The position numbers and the translations under genes are program-made. The notes under the pieces were generated by a model. That model was not told where the DNA came from, did not search any database, and saw only the letters and a list, made by a program, of their open reading frames with translations. Positions 13,156 to 24,289 of a DNA stretch of 64,000 nucleotides are shown here, piece by piece. Source of the stretch: Escherichia coli (GTDB lineage Bacteria > Pseudomonadota > Gammaproteobacteria > Enterobacterales > Enterobacteriaceae); the NCBI RefSeq assembly GCF_050920415.1, contig NZ_CP169309.1; one strand, given 5' to 3'. Every line of letters begins with the position of its first letter. The first letter of the stretch is position 1.

Positions 13156-14580
13156 CTATGTGAAGTGACGGTGAAGTCGAAGCGAAGCCAGCACACCGCC
13201 TTGTGGCACGTTACACAGTGTGACTTCGCCATTAAGCAAACGGGCAACCTCACTGACGAACGCCAACCCCAGACCACTACTTTTTTGCCCATTCGCACGC
13301 GGCAAAGAGTAAAAGCGTTCAAAAATACGTGAAAGCGCGTAGTCAGGAATACCACTACCGGTATCCAGCACCTTAAGCGTGACGTGTTTCTGCTCCACTT
13401 CGGCGCTTAGCGTTATACGACCGCTCTCGGGGGTAAAATCGATGGCGTTATCCAGTAAATTCCCCAGCGCCTGCTCCAGTAACGTCGGTTCAGCAGCAAC
13501 ATTAACCTCGGTGGGCATAACATGTAGAGTGATGTTTTTTTCCGCCAACTGCACGGTGCGCGCTTCGCTGACGCGGCGAAATAATGCCGCCACATCAACA
13601 GCAGTCAAAACGACTTCCTGACGATTCTCCAGTCTTGCCTGGCGTAGTAACGTTTCCACCAGTGCCTGCATTCGCGCATTTTGCGTCAGAATGTTGTCGG
13701 TAAAACGAGCCACCACTTCCGGCGGCGGACCTTCGCGTAAAATTTCCGCCGCTCCACGAATCGCCGCCAGTGGGCTTTTTAGCTCATGAGTTAACGCATA
13801 AACATACTGCTCAATATAGTTTTTCCCTTCCAGCTTCACGCGCATACTTTCCAGCGCCTGCGCGAGTTTACGCAGCTCGCTACTACCGAGATCGGGGAGA
13901 GGAACGGGCTTATTGTCAGTGACAGAATCAGCATAGCGAGTGAGCCGGGCAATGGAGCGGTTGATCCACCAAACCATGCCTGCGCCAATCACCAGTGCAA
14001 TCCCCAACAAAATGGCGCTGGCCCATAAAATTCGCCGCTCGCTGCGCTTAATGACCGGAGCCATCGCCGCGTTCGGTTTGCCTACGCTCAAAACGCCAAT
14101 AAGCCGCGAGCCGTCCATAATTGGCGCGGCAACATACATCACAGAACTTTCGGGATCGTCAGGATTTTGCAATGTGCTGCGCGCACCATACTGACCACGC
14201 AACGTTAGCCAGACGTCATTCCAGCGCGAGTAATCCTGTCCAACGGCTTTATTTGCCGAATCGAACAATACTTTGCCCTGCGCATCGGTCATATAGACAT
14301 GATATTCATTGCGCACTTTGTTAATGCCACCGATATTGGCGCGAAACGGGCGATGTTGTAGCTGATTAAACGCCTGCGCCAGTTGCCCATGCGTTGGGTC
14401 CCCAGAGAGCAAATCGGGACGCGCCAGCTCCGCCAGCAACGTTGCGGTGTCGATCAACGTCCCCTCCGTTGCTCTTCGCACGCCCGGTTTAACTTCTTTG
14501 ACAAAAATAGCCAGTACGAACCAGGCCGCCACCGCCACCAGTAAAAAATAGCCCAGCAACAACCGCATGCCGATACGCAT
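13156..14580 (-). CDS. creC: sensor histidine kinase CreC
   Basis: 474-aa ORF with HisKA/HATPase motifs, matching K-12 CreC. Confidence 0.95.
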   Translation of the reverse strand: MRIGMRLLLGYFLLVAVAAWFVLAIFVKEVKPGVRRATEGTLIDTATLLAELARPDLLSGDPTHGQLAQAFNQLQHRPFRANIGGINKVRNEYHVYMTDAQGKVLFDSANKAVGQDYSRWNDVWLTLRGQYGARSTLQNPDDPESSVMYVAAPIMDGSRLIGVLSVGKPNAAMAPVIKRSERRILWASAILLGIALVIGAGMVWWINRSIARLTRYADSVTDNKPVPLPDLGSSELRKLAQALESMRVKLEGKNYIEQYVYALTHELKSPLAAIRGAAEILREGPPPEVVARFTDNILTQNARMQALVETLLRQARLENRQEVVLTAVDVAALFRRVSEARTVQLAEKNITLHVMPTEVNVAAEPTLLEQALGNLLDNAIDFTPESGRITLSAEVEQKHVTLKVLDTGSGIPDYALSRIFERFYSLPRANGQKSSGLGLAFVSEVARLLNGEVTLCNVPQGGVLASLRLHRHFT

Positions 14581-15269
14581 TACAGGCCCCTCAGGCTATA
14601 TCCCATGCCGCGATGAGTATTAATCGGTGAAAGATCGGGGTTGATGGCGCGCAGCTTGGCACGCAGCGTTTTAATGTGGGTATCGACGGTGCGATCGTAG
14701 GTGTCCTGCGCATCTTCCCACACGCTATCCATCAGTTGCTGGCGGGACCAGACGCGGCCCGGCGACTTGAGTAATGTTTTCAGCAGCAAAAACTCATACC
14801 GCGTCAGCGTTAATGGCGTGTCAAACCAGCTGATCTGCGCCGCAGGTTCATTCAATTCAAAATGACCAATACGGATAACGGGAGACGGCGTCGAGAACTT
14901 CCTCACCCGACGCAGTAAGGTGCGCACTCTGGCGCACACTTCGCGAGGTGAAAACGGTTTAGCCACGTAGTCGTCAGCGCCAATTTCCAGCCCAAGCAGG
15001 CGATCGACCTCTTCACTTCGGGCCGTCAGGAACAGTACAGGTAACGCCGGATGGAGCGCCAGTAACTGGCGGCACAATTCAAAGCCGCTGATATCAGGCA
15101 AACCAACATCGAGAATCATGACATCGGGAACCTGCTGGCGAGCTTTATCCAGCACCGGCAAGCCTCGCTCAAAGACCTCGACGTCAAAACCTTCCTGTTG
15201 CAACATGTAGACCAGCGTGTCGGCTATCCCTTGCTCATCTTCCACTAACCAGACCGTTTCCCGTTGCAT
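14580..15269 (-). CDS. creB: response regulator CreB
   Basis: 229-aa OmpR-family regulator matching K-12 CreB; 1-nt overlap with creC. Confidence 0.95.
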   Translation of the reverse strand: MQRETVWLVEDEQGIADTLVYMLQQEGFDVEVFERGLPVLDKARQQVPDVMILDVGLPDISGFELCRQLLALHPALPVLFLTARSEEVDRLLGLEIGADDYVAKPFSPREVCARVRTLLRRVRKFSTPSPVIRIGHFELNEPAAQISWFDTPLTLTRYEFLLLKTLLKSPGRVWSRQQLMDSVWEDAQDTYDRTVDTHIKTLRAKLRAINPDLSPINTHRGMGYSLRGL

Positions 15270-15281
15270 AAATCGCCTCTG

Positions 15282-15755
15282 TTATTGCCGCCACGGCATG
15301 ACAGGAACCGCGCTAATCGCGTTTTTCGGCGAACCTTCTACAACTTTGTCGGAGTAAGCCAGATAAGCGAGCGCGTTGCGTTTGGCGTCATAAAAGCGCA
15401 CGACCTGTAACGACTTAAAGACCAGGGACGTGCGTTTTTTGAATACTACCTCGCCCTGAGCTTTGCCGTTTTTAATACGATCCGACAGTTCAATCGGCCC
15501 GACTTGCTGACAAGAAATGGCCGCATCGGAGGTATCTTCTGCCAGGCCCAATCCCCCTTTAATACCGCCGGTTTTCGCCCGGCTCACATAGCAGGTGACA
15601 TTTTTCACATCGGGATCGTCAAAGGCTTCTACGACAATTTTGTGATCAGGACCGATCATTTTAAATACAGTGTCGACCGAACCAATCTCTTCTGCATGAG
15701 CCAACGGCCCCAGCATTATCAGGCTTAAGGACAGAATCAAATGCTTGTATTTCAT
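15282..15755 (-). CDS. creA: periplasmic protein CreA
   Basis: 157-aa ORF with signal peptide, matching K-12 CreA. Confidence 0.9.
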
Positions 15756-15965
15756 ATTGTTACCATTTTTATCTATGACATGAGCAATTAGTTCACCACG
15801 ATAAATAACATATTGATTAAGAACAAAATCTCAATACTTTTATTTCCGTCAAGACCTAAAACATACTCGACTAAGAAAAAAACACTGAATGCTAAAACAG
15901 CAAAAAATGCTATTATCCAATTACCTGATGTCAGGTGCTCGTTGTTGAAAGGATGAGGATATTTT

Positions 15966-16835
15966 ATGGATCAGGCCGGCATTATTCGCGACCTTTTAAT
16001 CTGGCTGGAAGGTCATCTGGATCAGCCCCTGTCGCTCGACAATGTAGCGGCGAAAGCAGGTTATTCCAAGTGGCACTTACAGAGAATGTTTAAAGATGTC
16101 ACTGGTCATGCTATTGGCGCGTATATTCGTGCTCGTCGTTTGTCGAAATCGGCGGTCGCACTACGCCTGACTGCGCGTCCAATTCTGGATATCGCGCTGC
16201 AATACCGCTTCGACTCTCAACAGACATTTACTCGCGCATTCAAGAAGCAGTTTGCCCAGACTCCTGCTCTTTACCGCCGTTCTCCTGAATGGAGCGCCTT
16301 TGGTATTCGCCCGCCGCTGCGTCTGGGTGAATTCACCATGCCAGAGCACAAATTTGTCACCCAGGAAGATACGCCGCTGATTGGTGTTACCCAGAGTTAC
16401 TCCTGTTCGCTGGAACAAATCTCTGATTTCCGCCATGAAATGCGTTATCAGTTCTGGCACGATTTTCTTGGCAACGCGCCGACCATTCCGCCTGTGCTCT
16501 ACGGCTTGAATGAAACGCGTCCGAGCCAGGATAAAGACGACGAGCAAGAGGTCTTCTATACCACCGCATTAGCCCAGGATCAGGCAGATGGCTATGTATT
16601 GACCGGGCATCCTGTGATGCTGCAAGGCGGTGAATATGTGATGTTTACCTATGAAGGTCTGGGAACAGGCGTGCAGGAGTTTATCCTGACGGTATACGGA
16701 ACGTGCATGCCAATGCTTAACCTGACGCGCCGTAAAGGTCAGGATATTGAGCGATACTACCCGGCAGAAGATGCCAAAGCGGGAGATCGCCCAATTAATC
16801 TGCGCTGTGAACTGCTGATTCCGATCCGTCGTTAA
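15966..16835 (+). CDS. rob: AraC-family transcriptional activator Rob
   Basis: 289-aa ORF matching K-12 Rob (N-terminal AraC-type HTH, C-terminal GyrI-like domain). Confidence 0.95.
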   Translation: MDQAGIIRDLLIWLEGHLDQPLSLDNVAAKAGYSKWHLQRMFKDVTGHAIGAYIRARRLSKSAVALRLTARPILDIALQYRFDSQQTFTRAFKKQFAQTPALYRRSPEWSAFGIRPPLRLGEFTMPEHKFVTQEDTPLIGVTQSYSCSLEQISDFRHEMRYQFWHDFLGNAPTIPPVLYGLNETRPSQDKDDEQEVFYTTALAQDQADGYVLTGHPVMLQGGEYVMFTYEGLGTGVQEFILTVYGTCMPMLNLTRRKGQDIERYYPAEDAKAGDRPINLRCELLIPIRR

Positions 16836-17479
16836 CGCTGCAGCTCATCTAATGCAGGGGCGTCCAGATGCGAGATGTCCCCTGCGGTTTCAACCACCCA
16901 GCCAGACGCCAGCCACAAGCTTTCCTGATAATCCACGCGCGAAATAGAACAGTTACGCAGACGTAAGCGACGCTCTGCCCATGCTGGTAATCCGAGAATC
17001 GTACTCACCAGGCATCCCAGTGCAATACCGTGGCTCACCAGCAGCGGTCGGCTTCCCTGCGGTAATTCCCGGCAAGATTCCAGTGCCGCATTGACACGAT
17101 CACTGAGCTCCTGCATAGACTCGCCTTCAGGAATACGTCCGTCGACAGTGCCATTGACCAGCTGGCGACGCCAGTTTTCTTCTTCTTCGGTGAGTGAATC
17201 GATATTTCTTGTTTCCAGTACACCCATATTTAATTCACGCAGGCGAGAATCAAAGATGATGTCACAGCCGCAGGCCTGGGCGATGATTTCCGCCGTGCGG
17301 CGGGTGCGCCCTAAATCGCTACTGATGATATGCGTAATGCCAAGCTCTTTGGCACGGGTCGCCACCTGCATCGCCTGTTGCTCACCTTTGGCAGTCAGCG
17401 GGCTATCAGACTGGCCCTGAATACGTCGCTCGGCGTTCCACTGCGTTTCACCGTGGCGGACTAGGTATACCTGTAACAT
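16832..17479 (-). CDS. gpmB: probable phosphoglycerate mutase GpmB
   Basis: 215-aa histidine phosphatase starting MLQVYLVRHGETQWN, matching K-12 GpmB. Confidence 0.95.
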   Translation of the reverse strand: MLQVYLVRHGETQWNAERRIQGQSDSPLTAKGEQQAMQVATRAKELGITHIISSDLGRTRRTAEIIAQACGCDIIFDSRLRELNMGVLETRNIDSLTEEEENWRRQLVNGTVDGRIPEGESMQELSDRVNAALESCRELPQGSRPLLVSHGIALGCLVSTILGLPAWAERRLRLRNCSISRVDYQESLWLASGWVVETAGDISHLDAPALDELQR

Positions 17480-17518
17480 GCTTTTTTTCCGTATACTGCT
17501 GTAACGTTAATTTTCTGA

Positions 17519-18381
<863 letters not shown>

Positions 18382-18413
18382 TTAGCGGGGGAAGCAAAAT
18401 GCCTCCCCCGGTT

Positions 18414-18431
18414 GTACTCGCTAAAGAGTAC
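18414..18431 (-). promoter_or_regulatory. putative TrpR autoregulatory operator in the trpR promoter
   Basis: Palindrome GTACTC-N6-GAGTAC (gtactctttagcgagtac on the minus strand) about 50 bp upstream of the trpR ATG, resembling the trp operator half-sites. Confidence 0.5.
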
Positions 18432-18455
18432 GATAGCATATCATAAACGTGCGGA

Positions 18456-20393
18456 TCAGTAACGACGTCCCCATTCCGTGGCGCTCATCAACGTTGGTTT
18501 ATCCCCCATGAAATAGCGGTAGTAAGCGTCATAAGCCAGCACGTTCTTCACATAACCGCGCGTCTCAGAGAACGGAATACTCTCGACAAATGCCACTGCG
18601 TCGATTCGACCAGCGCTGTTGCCAAGCCAGGTGCGCACTCGTCCAGGTCCGGCGTTATAAGCTGCTGAGGCGAAAATACGGTTATTGCCAAACTGCTGAT
18701 AAACATATTGCAGGTAACTGGTGCCGATGTTGATGTTCGTTTCCGGATCCAGCAATTGCCCAGGGCTGCTGTAGCCAGGAATAGAGAACATCTTCACCGT
18801 ATGGGTCGCCGTACCAGGCATAATCTGCATCAGCCCGCTGGCCCCTACCGGTGACTTCACTTTCGGATTCCAGGCGCTCTCCTGACGGGCAATCGCCATC
18901 GCATAGCTTTGCGGGATCTCCTTACCGCTGGTGTAACGTTTGAAAAGATCGTTGTAGGCCAGCGGGAATCGCTCTTCCAGATGATCCCACAACTTCCCGG
19001 CGATCGTCGCCTGAACGCTGAGATCCCACCATTGGTTGTTGAAAGCATACCGTGCCAGCTGTGCCTGCTCTGTTTTTGACTTGCTCTTCACCAGATTGGC
19101 CCACTCGCTACGCGCGGTGTTATCGAGATTCCAGTACATCAACTCGCGCACGCGCGCCATCTCCGGCCCCTGAGTCAGGGTGCTGTCAACATTCTGCGGC
19201 GCTTTATCAATCTTCAGCTCATACTCTTCGCCGATGCGCTGTGCAGCAACCATCGGGTAGAAACCACGCTGTTGCATGAGTTGATGCAGAATCTCTTTCG
19301 CTTCAGCTTCGCGTCCGCGTTCCAGCAATAAATCGGCCTGCCAGTAACGCCATTCATCTTTCTCTTTCGCTTCCATCGGCAAACGCGCCAGCCAGGTATT
19401 CAGGCCACGCCGATCGCCAGTACCAAGCGCCATCCGTACTCGGCGTTCAATCAACGAGGTGGATTGCGAGCGCATAATGGCGTCATCGCGCCATTTCGCC
19501 TGCTCGTCGGTGACATCGTTGCCCATCAAACGCCAGGCGACGATATCGCGCAGTTCCTGAATCTGATCTTCATTAAGCTGCTGTGCCTGAGCAAGCGATG
19601 GGATCATCAGCCGTGCATTTTCAGCATCCTGCCGCGCCACACTGGCAAACGCCACCGCCGCCATTTGACGGGTAAAATCGGTCGCTCCGGTTGTACGCGC
19701 GAAGGTCAGTACCGTATTAGGGTTGTTCGCCAGTGAAATGATTGCCGAGGCGATAGTCTGGTAATCGGCAGGCATCTGCCCTGCCAGCACTGTCACCAGG
19801 CCTGTGTTACCCGCTTTCATCGCCAGACGGATACGCTCCAGATACGCCAGCGGATCTTGTTTGCCTGACGCACGCCAGACGCTAAATAACTTGTCACAGG
19901 CGTTAGGCTGGCTCTTGCCGGTTAGCCACAGCTCTTTCGCCCCTTGCCAGGCTTCTTCACTCTGCCCGGTATTCCATTTCGCATAGTAGTAATTACATTG
20001 CGCTTCGGTAGTTCCTGGCTTTTCCGGGCTAAAGGCTAACAAACCACGCCAGTCTTCACGCCGCGCCAGTTCATTGACGAAACGAGATTGTAGCGTGCGA
20101 GCGGGAGGAAGCGTGGGGTTAGCGCGAACAAAGTTAGTGACCGTCACCGCCGGTTGATTCATCAGATCATCGGTGATCTGGCGGTATTCCAGATAGGGAT
20201 AAAGTGGATAATCCTTCAGTCCAGGCATCATTTGTTCGACCACATCCATTTGTCGATTATCCCAGGCCTGCTTAATTTGCGCGTAACGGCTACGCTGCTC
20301 ATCCAGTGAGTCGGCTCGCGCCACGCTGCTGACCGTCAGCAGACAGACACCGACAGCCAACAGCCGCCAGGTAACGTGTTTGGCTTTTTCCAC
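18456..20393 (-). CDS. slt: soluble lytic murein transglycosylase
   Basis: 645-aa ORF with signal peptide, matching K-12 Slt70. Confidence 0.95.
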   Translation of the reverse strand: MEKAKHVTWRLLAVGVCLLTVSSVARADSLDEQRSRYAQIKQAWDNRQMDVVEQMMPGLKDYPLYPYLEYRQITDDLMNQPAVTVTNFVRANPTLPPARTLQSRFVNELARREDWRGLLAFSPEKPGTTEAQCNYYYAKWNTGQSEEAWQGAKELWLTGKSQPNACDKLFSVWRASGKQDPLAYLERIRLAMKAGNTGLVTVLAGQMPADYQTIASAIISLANNPNTVLTFARTTGATDFTRQMAAVAFASVARQDAENARLMIPSLAQAQQLNEDQIQELRDIVAWRLMGNDVTDEQAKWRDDAIMRSQSTSLIERRVRMALGTGDRRGLNTWLARLPMEAKEKDEWRYWQADLLLERGREAEAKEILHQLMQQRGFYPMVAAQRIGEEYELKIDKAPQNVDSTLTQGPEMARVRELMYWNLDNTARSEWANLVKSKSKTEQAQLARYAFNNQWWDLSVQATIAGKLWDHLEERFPLAYNDLFKRYTSGKEIPQSYAMAIARQESAWNPKVKSPVGASGLMQIMPGTATHTVKMFSIPGYSSPGQLLDPETNINIGTSYLQYVYQQFGNNRIFASAAYNAGPGRVRTWLGNSAGRIDAVAFVESIPFSETRGYVKNVLAYDAYYRYFMGDKPTLMSATEWGRRY

Positions 20394-20603
20394 AAGCGCA
20401 TCCTCTAAGTGTCAATACATCAATGCAGCGTCATGCCGCGTAATAGATTTATGCTAACCAGTCATTGCCGTTTACGCCACGTTACGGACACTTTTTTACT
20501 TTTACTGCGAGGGTGATCGACCGGCTGGGATTAGATAAGGAAACAGGCTACACTTCGCCTTTGAAAACTCATCATCACGATAAACATAGAGGCGAAGTCC
20601 AAC

Positions 20604-22271
20604 GTGGCTCAATTCGTTTATACCATGCATCGTGTCGGCAAAGTTGTTCCGCCGAAACGTCATATTTTGAAAAACATCTCTCTGAGTTTCTTCCCTGGGG
20701 CAAAAATTGGTGTCCTGGGTCTGAACGGCGCGGGTAAGTCTACCCTGCTGCGCATTATGGCGGGCATTGATAAAGACATCGAAGGTGAAGCGCGTCCGCA
20801 ACCGGATATCAAGATTGGTTACCTGCCGCAGGAACCTCAGCTGAACCCGGAACACACCGTGCGTGAGTCCATTGAAGAAGCGGTTTCTGAAGTGGTTAAC
20901 GCTCTGAAACGTCTGGATGAAGTGTATGCGCTGTACGCCGATCCGGATGCCGATTTTGACAAGCTGGCCGCTGAACAAGGCCGTCTGGAAGAGATCATTC
21001 AGGCTCATGACGGTCATAACCTGAACGTTCAGCTGGAGCGTGCGGCTGATGCGCTGCGTCTGCCGGACTGGGACGCGAAAATCGCTAACCTTTCCGGTGG
21101 TGAGCGTCGTCGCGTGGCGTTGTGCCGCCTGCTGTTGGAAAAACCAGACATGCTGCTGCTCGACGAACCGACCAACCACCTGGATGCCGAATCCGTAGCG
21201 TGGCTGGAACGCTTCCTGCACGACTTCGAGGGCACCGTGGTGGCGATTACCCACGACCGTTACTTCCTCGATAACGTTGCAGGCTGGATCCTCGAACTTG
21301 ACCGCGGTGAAGGTATTCCGTGGGAAGGTAACTACTCCTCCTGGCTGGAGCAGAAAGATCAGCGTCTGGCGCAGGAAGCTTCACAAGAAGCAGCGCGTCG
21401 TAAGTCGATCGAGAAAGAGCTGGAGTGGGTACGTCAGGGAACTAAAGGCCGTCAGTCGAAAGGTAAAGCACGTCTGGCGCGCTTTGAAGAGCTGAACAGC
21501 ACCGAATATCAGAAACGTAACGAAACCAACGAACTGTTTATTCCGCCAGGACCGCGTCTGGGCGATAAAGTGCTGGAAGTCAGCAACCTGCGTAAATCTT
21601 ACGGCGATCGCCTGCTGATTGACTCCCTGAGCTTCTCGATCCCTAAAGGGGCGATCGTCGGGATCATCGGTCCGAACGGCGCGGGCAAATCAACACTGTT
21701 CCGTATGATCTCTGGTCAGGAACAACCAGACAGCGGCACCATCACTTTAGGTGAAACGGTGAAACTGGCATCTGTCGATCAGTTCCGTGACTCAATGGAT
21801 AACAGCAAAACCGTTTGGGAAGAAGTTTCCGGCGGGCTGGATATCATGAAGATCGGTAACACCGAGATGCCAAGCCGCGCCTACGTTGGCCGCTTCAACT
21901 TTAAAGGGGTTGATCAGGGTAAACGCGTTGGTGAACTCTCCGGTGGTGAGCGTGGTCGTCTGCATCTGGCGAAGCTGCTGCAGGTTGGCGGCAACATGCT
22001 GCTGCTCGACGAACCGACCAACGACCTGGATATCGAAACCCTGCGTGCGCTGGAAAACGCCCTGCTGGAGTTCCCGGGCTGCGCGATGGTTATCTCGCAC
22101 GACCGTTGGTTCCTCGACCGTATCGCCACACACATTCTGGATTACCAGGATGAAGGTAAAGTTGAGTTCTTTGAAGGTAACTTTACCGAGTACGAAGAGT
22201 ACAAGAAACGCACGCTGGGCGCAGACGCGCTGGAGCCGAAGCGTATCAAGTACAAGCGTATTGCGAAGTAA
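20604..22271 (+). CDS. ettA: ABC-F family energy-dependent translational throttle protein EttA
   Basis: 555-aa ORF with two ABC ATPase cassettes, matching K-12 EttA (YjjK). Confidence 0.95.
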   Translation: MAQFVYTMHRVGKVVPPKRHILKNISLSFFPGAKIGVLGLNGAGKSTLLRIMAGIDKDIEGEARPQPDIKIGYLPQEPQLNPEHTVRESIEEAVSEVVNALKRLDEVYALYADPDADFDKLAAEQGRLEEIIQAHDGHNLNVQLERAADALRLPDWDAKIANLSGGERRRVALCRLLLEKPDMLLLDEPTNHLDAESVAWLERFLHDFEGTVVAITHDRYFLDNVAGWILELDRGEGIPWEGNYSSWLEQKDQRLAQEASQEAARRKSIEKELEWVRQGTKGRQSKGKARLARFEELNSTEYQKRNETNELFIPPGPRLGDKVLEVSNLRKSYGDRLLIDSLSFSIPKGAIVGIIGPNGAGKSTLFRMISGQEQPDSGTITLGETVKLASVDQFRDSMDNSKTVWEEVSGGLDIMKIGNTEMPSRAYVGRFNFKGVDQGKRVGELSGGERGRLHLAKLLQVGGNMLLLDEPTNDLDIETLRALENALLEFPGCAMVISHDRWFLDRIATHILDYQDEGKVEFFEGNFTEYEEYKKRTLGADALEPKRIKYKRIAK

Positions 22272-22282
22272 TGCGTAAAATG

Positions 22283-22313
22283 CCGGATGCGGCGCGCCAG
22301 CATCGCATCCGGT
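22283..22313. terminator. REP-like hairpin between the convergent ettA gene and the toxin-antitoxin operon
   Basis: gccggatgcg...cgcatccggt inverted repeat directly after the ettA stop codon. Confidence 0.5.
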
Positions 22314-22326
22314 AATAGTTAAATGA

Positions 22327-22611
22327 TTAATGGGAGGCAAGTTCCCGGAAAAAGGCAGGATTTTCTTTAATTGTGGCAAGTACTTTTGCAGCCAATCCCG
22401 TAGGATTTCTTCGCTTCGATTCCCAGCTTTTAATGGTATCCACACTGGTTCCCAGAGCTTTTGCCATCTCACTTTGCGAAACGTTGAGTTGCTCACGAAT
22501 AGCTTTAACATCCGCAATTTCGTAGCGGGTCACCCGTGCAGGTTCTTTTAAACCTTGTTTAATCTCGACAGCCTCTTCCAGAGAGGTTTTCAACTCATCA
22601 AAAAAACTCAT
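22327..22611 (-). CDS. XRE-family HTH antitoxin (HigA-like) of a type II toxin-antitoxin pair
   Basis: 94 aa from the ATG at 22611 (MSFFDELKTSLEEAV...); helix-turn-helix segment NVSQSEMAKALGTSVDTIKSWE; GAGG ribosome-binding site; start codon 1 nt after the toxin stop; absent from K-12 at this position. Confidence 0.7.
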   Translation of the reverse strand: MSFFDELKTSLEEAVEIKQGLKEPARVTRYEIADVKAIREQLNVSQSEMAKALGTSVDTIKSWESKRRNPTGLAAKVLATIKENPAFFRELASH

Positions 22612-22612
22612 T

Positions 22613-22944
22613 TTATACCTCACCTTTGAGCAGTTTCGTCAACTTCTTTAGTTGAGCTTTTTCCGTATCTGTCAGACTGTCTTTGGCATTCTTCGGATAG
22701 GCCATAATCAAATAAATAATCTCTTCCGTCGCCAGAAAGTAAATTATTCTGACACTACCACTTTTTCCCTGTGAACCCGCAGCCATTCGGACTTTACGCA
22801 ATCCACCAGTCTGCTGAATGAGATCACCTTTATCGGGAGTTCCGATGAGTTCTTTTTGCAATTCCTTTAATTCATCATCGGTTGCAATCTGCTTGATCTG
22901 ACGCGTAAACATTGGCGTCTCTATAAATATTATCGCCTTGCCCA
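22613..22944 (-). CDS. RelE/ParE-superfamily toxin (HigB-like) of a type II toxin-antitoxin pair
   Basis: 110 aa from the ATG at 22944 (MGKAIIFIETPMFTRQIK...RIIYFLATEEIIYLIMAYPKNAKDSLT...); small basic protein encoded immediately upstream of an HTH gene in a 2-gene operon; the ORF-track call 22613-23023 has a 26-codon upstream extension that I do not accept. Confidence 0.7.
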
Positions 22945-23036
22945 TTACCCTTCCCTGGCAGGTACATTGTACACCAAAATGGAGTACTAAGTACACTTTT
23001 GAATCAGTAATATCACTCAACATCTTATAAAGATGA

Positions 23037-24269
23037 TTATCCCTGCTCCCCCATCATCTCCCGCACCAACTCCACGCAGCGCAGGAAACGGCTGTCGTAA
23101 TCGTCCTCTTCAACCCGCACAAATTCGATATTGTTCTCTTCCAGCATTTCCACCAGCAAGTTCTGGAACTCTTTGCGATCCACCGAACTGCCGAGACTGC
23201 GTAAACCATCCGCCACCCACGGCGTGTTGTTCTCCAGCAGAATCACCAGATCAAAACGGTATTCATCGATCAGCGCCTGTACGAACGGATGCTCGCGCCC
23301 TTCGTACTTTTTGCAGAACGCCTGAGTTGTCACAAAATCGGTGTCGATAAACGCCACTTTATTGGCATATTTTACTGCAAAATCAATATATTGAGCGTGT
23401 CCAAGTGCGATTTTATCGTAGTCGGAATACTGCAATGCGATCTCATCGCCGCCAAGATGTGAAAAGACATAATCGCGACCATATTCCCATGCACTGGTAG
23501 TGTTGAAGATATTGGCAAGTTTGTTTACCAGGGTGGATTTACCGCTCGATTCGCCGCCGAGGATCGCCACGGTGCGCACAAAGAACGGCTTCACTTCGGT
23601 AGGAATATATTCCCAGTAGCGGAACGGATTTTCGCGGATCTGCGCACCACTGATACTCATAAAAGTACGTTTCGGATCGACCAATACCGTTTCGATCCCC
23701 AGATGTTCCATATACTGCGGCGCGTCGGCTTCTTCCGAGGTGTAGATCAGATCCGGCTGGATCCCTTTTTCAGCCATAAACTTTTTGATGCCGTTGCTCC
23801 ACACATCCCAGCCATGCGGATACGGCTCCATGCCCTCTTCGTTGAATGCATGAATGCGAATATTTTTCTGATATTTAAAAGTTTGCAATAACCAGCGCAG
23901 ACGATCCGGCACCGTGGGCTGCTGCGACATGGCGCTGTCTTCGAACAACGCGCGGTCGCGGGTAGCGTCAAAGCCCATAATGATATGCAGCTCGTCAACC
24001 TGACTACAGGCACGCTGGATAAGGTAGATATGTCCGGTATGCAGCGGGTAAAACTTACCGAATACAACACCAATAGTTTTCTTCTGCCGGGGAAATTCAA
24101 GTCCCAAATAACGGTGCAACGCCTCCAGCTTTTGCGCGCTGGGGCTTTTAATTTTGGCATTCAGTAACTGGCTTAAATACCCTTTGGTCATACCGCTGGC
24201 ATCAGCCACCTGCTGTAGCGTACAGCCCTGTTGCTTGATGGCAGTTTTCAGATAATCAAATGACGACAT
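23037..24269 (-). CDS. nadR: trifunctional NAD biosynthesis/regulator protein NadR
   Basis: ORF 23037-24290 contains the K-12 NadR sequence starting MSSFDYLKTAIKQQG at the ATG at 24269 (410 aa). Confidence 0.95.
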   Translation of the reverse strand: MSSFDYLKTAIKQQGCTLQQVADASGMTKGYLSQLLNAKIKSPSAQKLEALHRYLGLEFPRQKKTIGVVFGKFYPLHTGHIYLIQRACSQVDELHIIMGFDATRDRALFEDSAMSQQPTVPDRLRWLLQTFKYQKNIRIHAFNEEGMEPYPHGWDVWSNGIKKFMAEKGIQPDLIYTSEEADAPQYMEHLGIETVLVDPKRTFMSISGAQIRENPFRYWEYIPTEVKPFFVRTVAILGGESSGKSTLVNKLANIFNTTSAWEYGRDYVFSHLGGDEIALQYSDYDKIALGHAQYIDFAVKYANKVAFIDTDFVTTQAFCKKYEGREHPFVQALIDEYRFDLVILLENNTPWVADGLRSLGSSVDRKEFQNLLVEMLEENNIEFVRVEEDDYDSRFLRCVELVREMMGEQG

Positions 24270-24289
24270 ATCTCCCTCCCTATCTCTCA

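Noticed and set aside
20502-21254. 250-aa minus-strand ORF antisense to ettA
   Set aside because: Fully embedded in ettA on the opposite strand; no independent evidence; likely a mirror ORF from codon bias.
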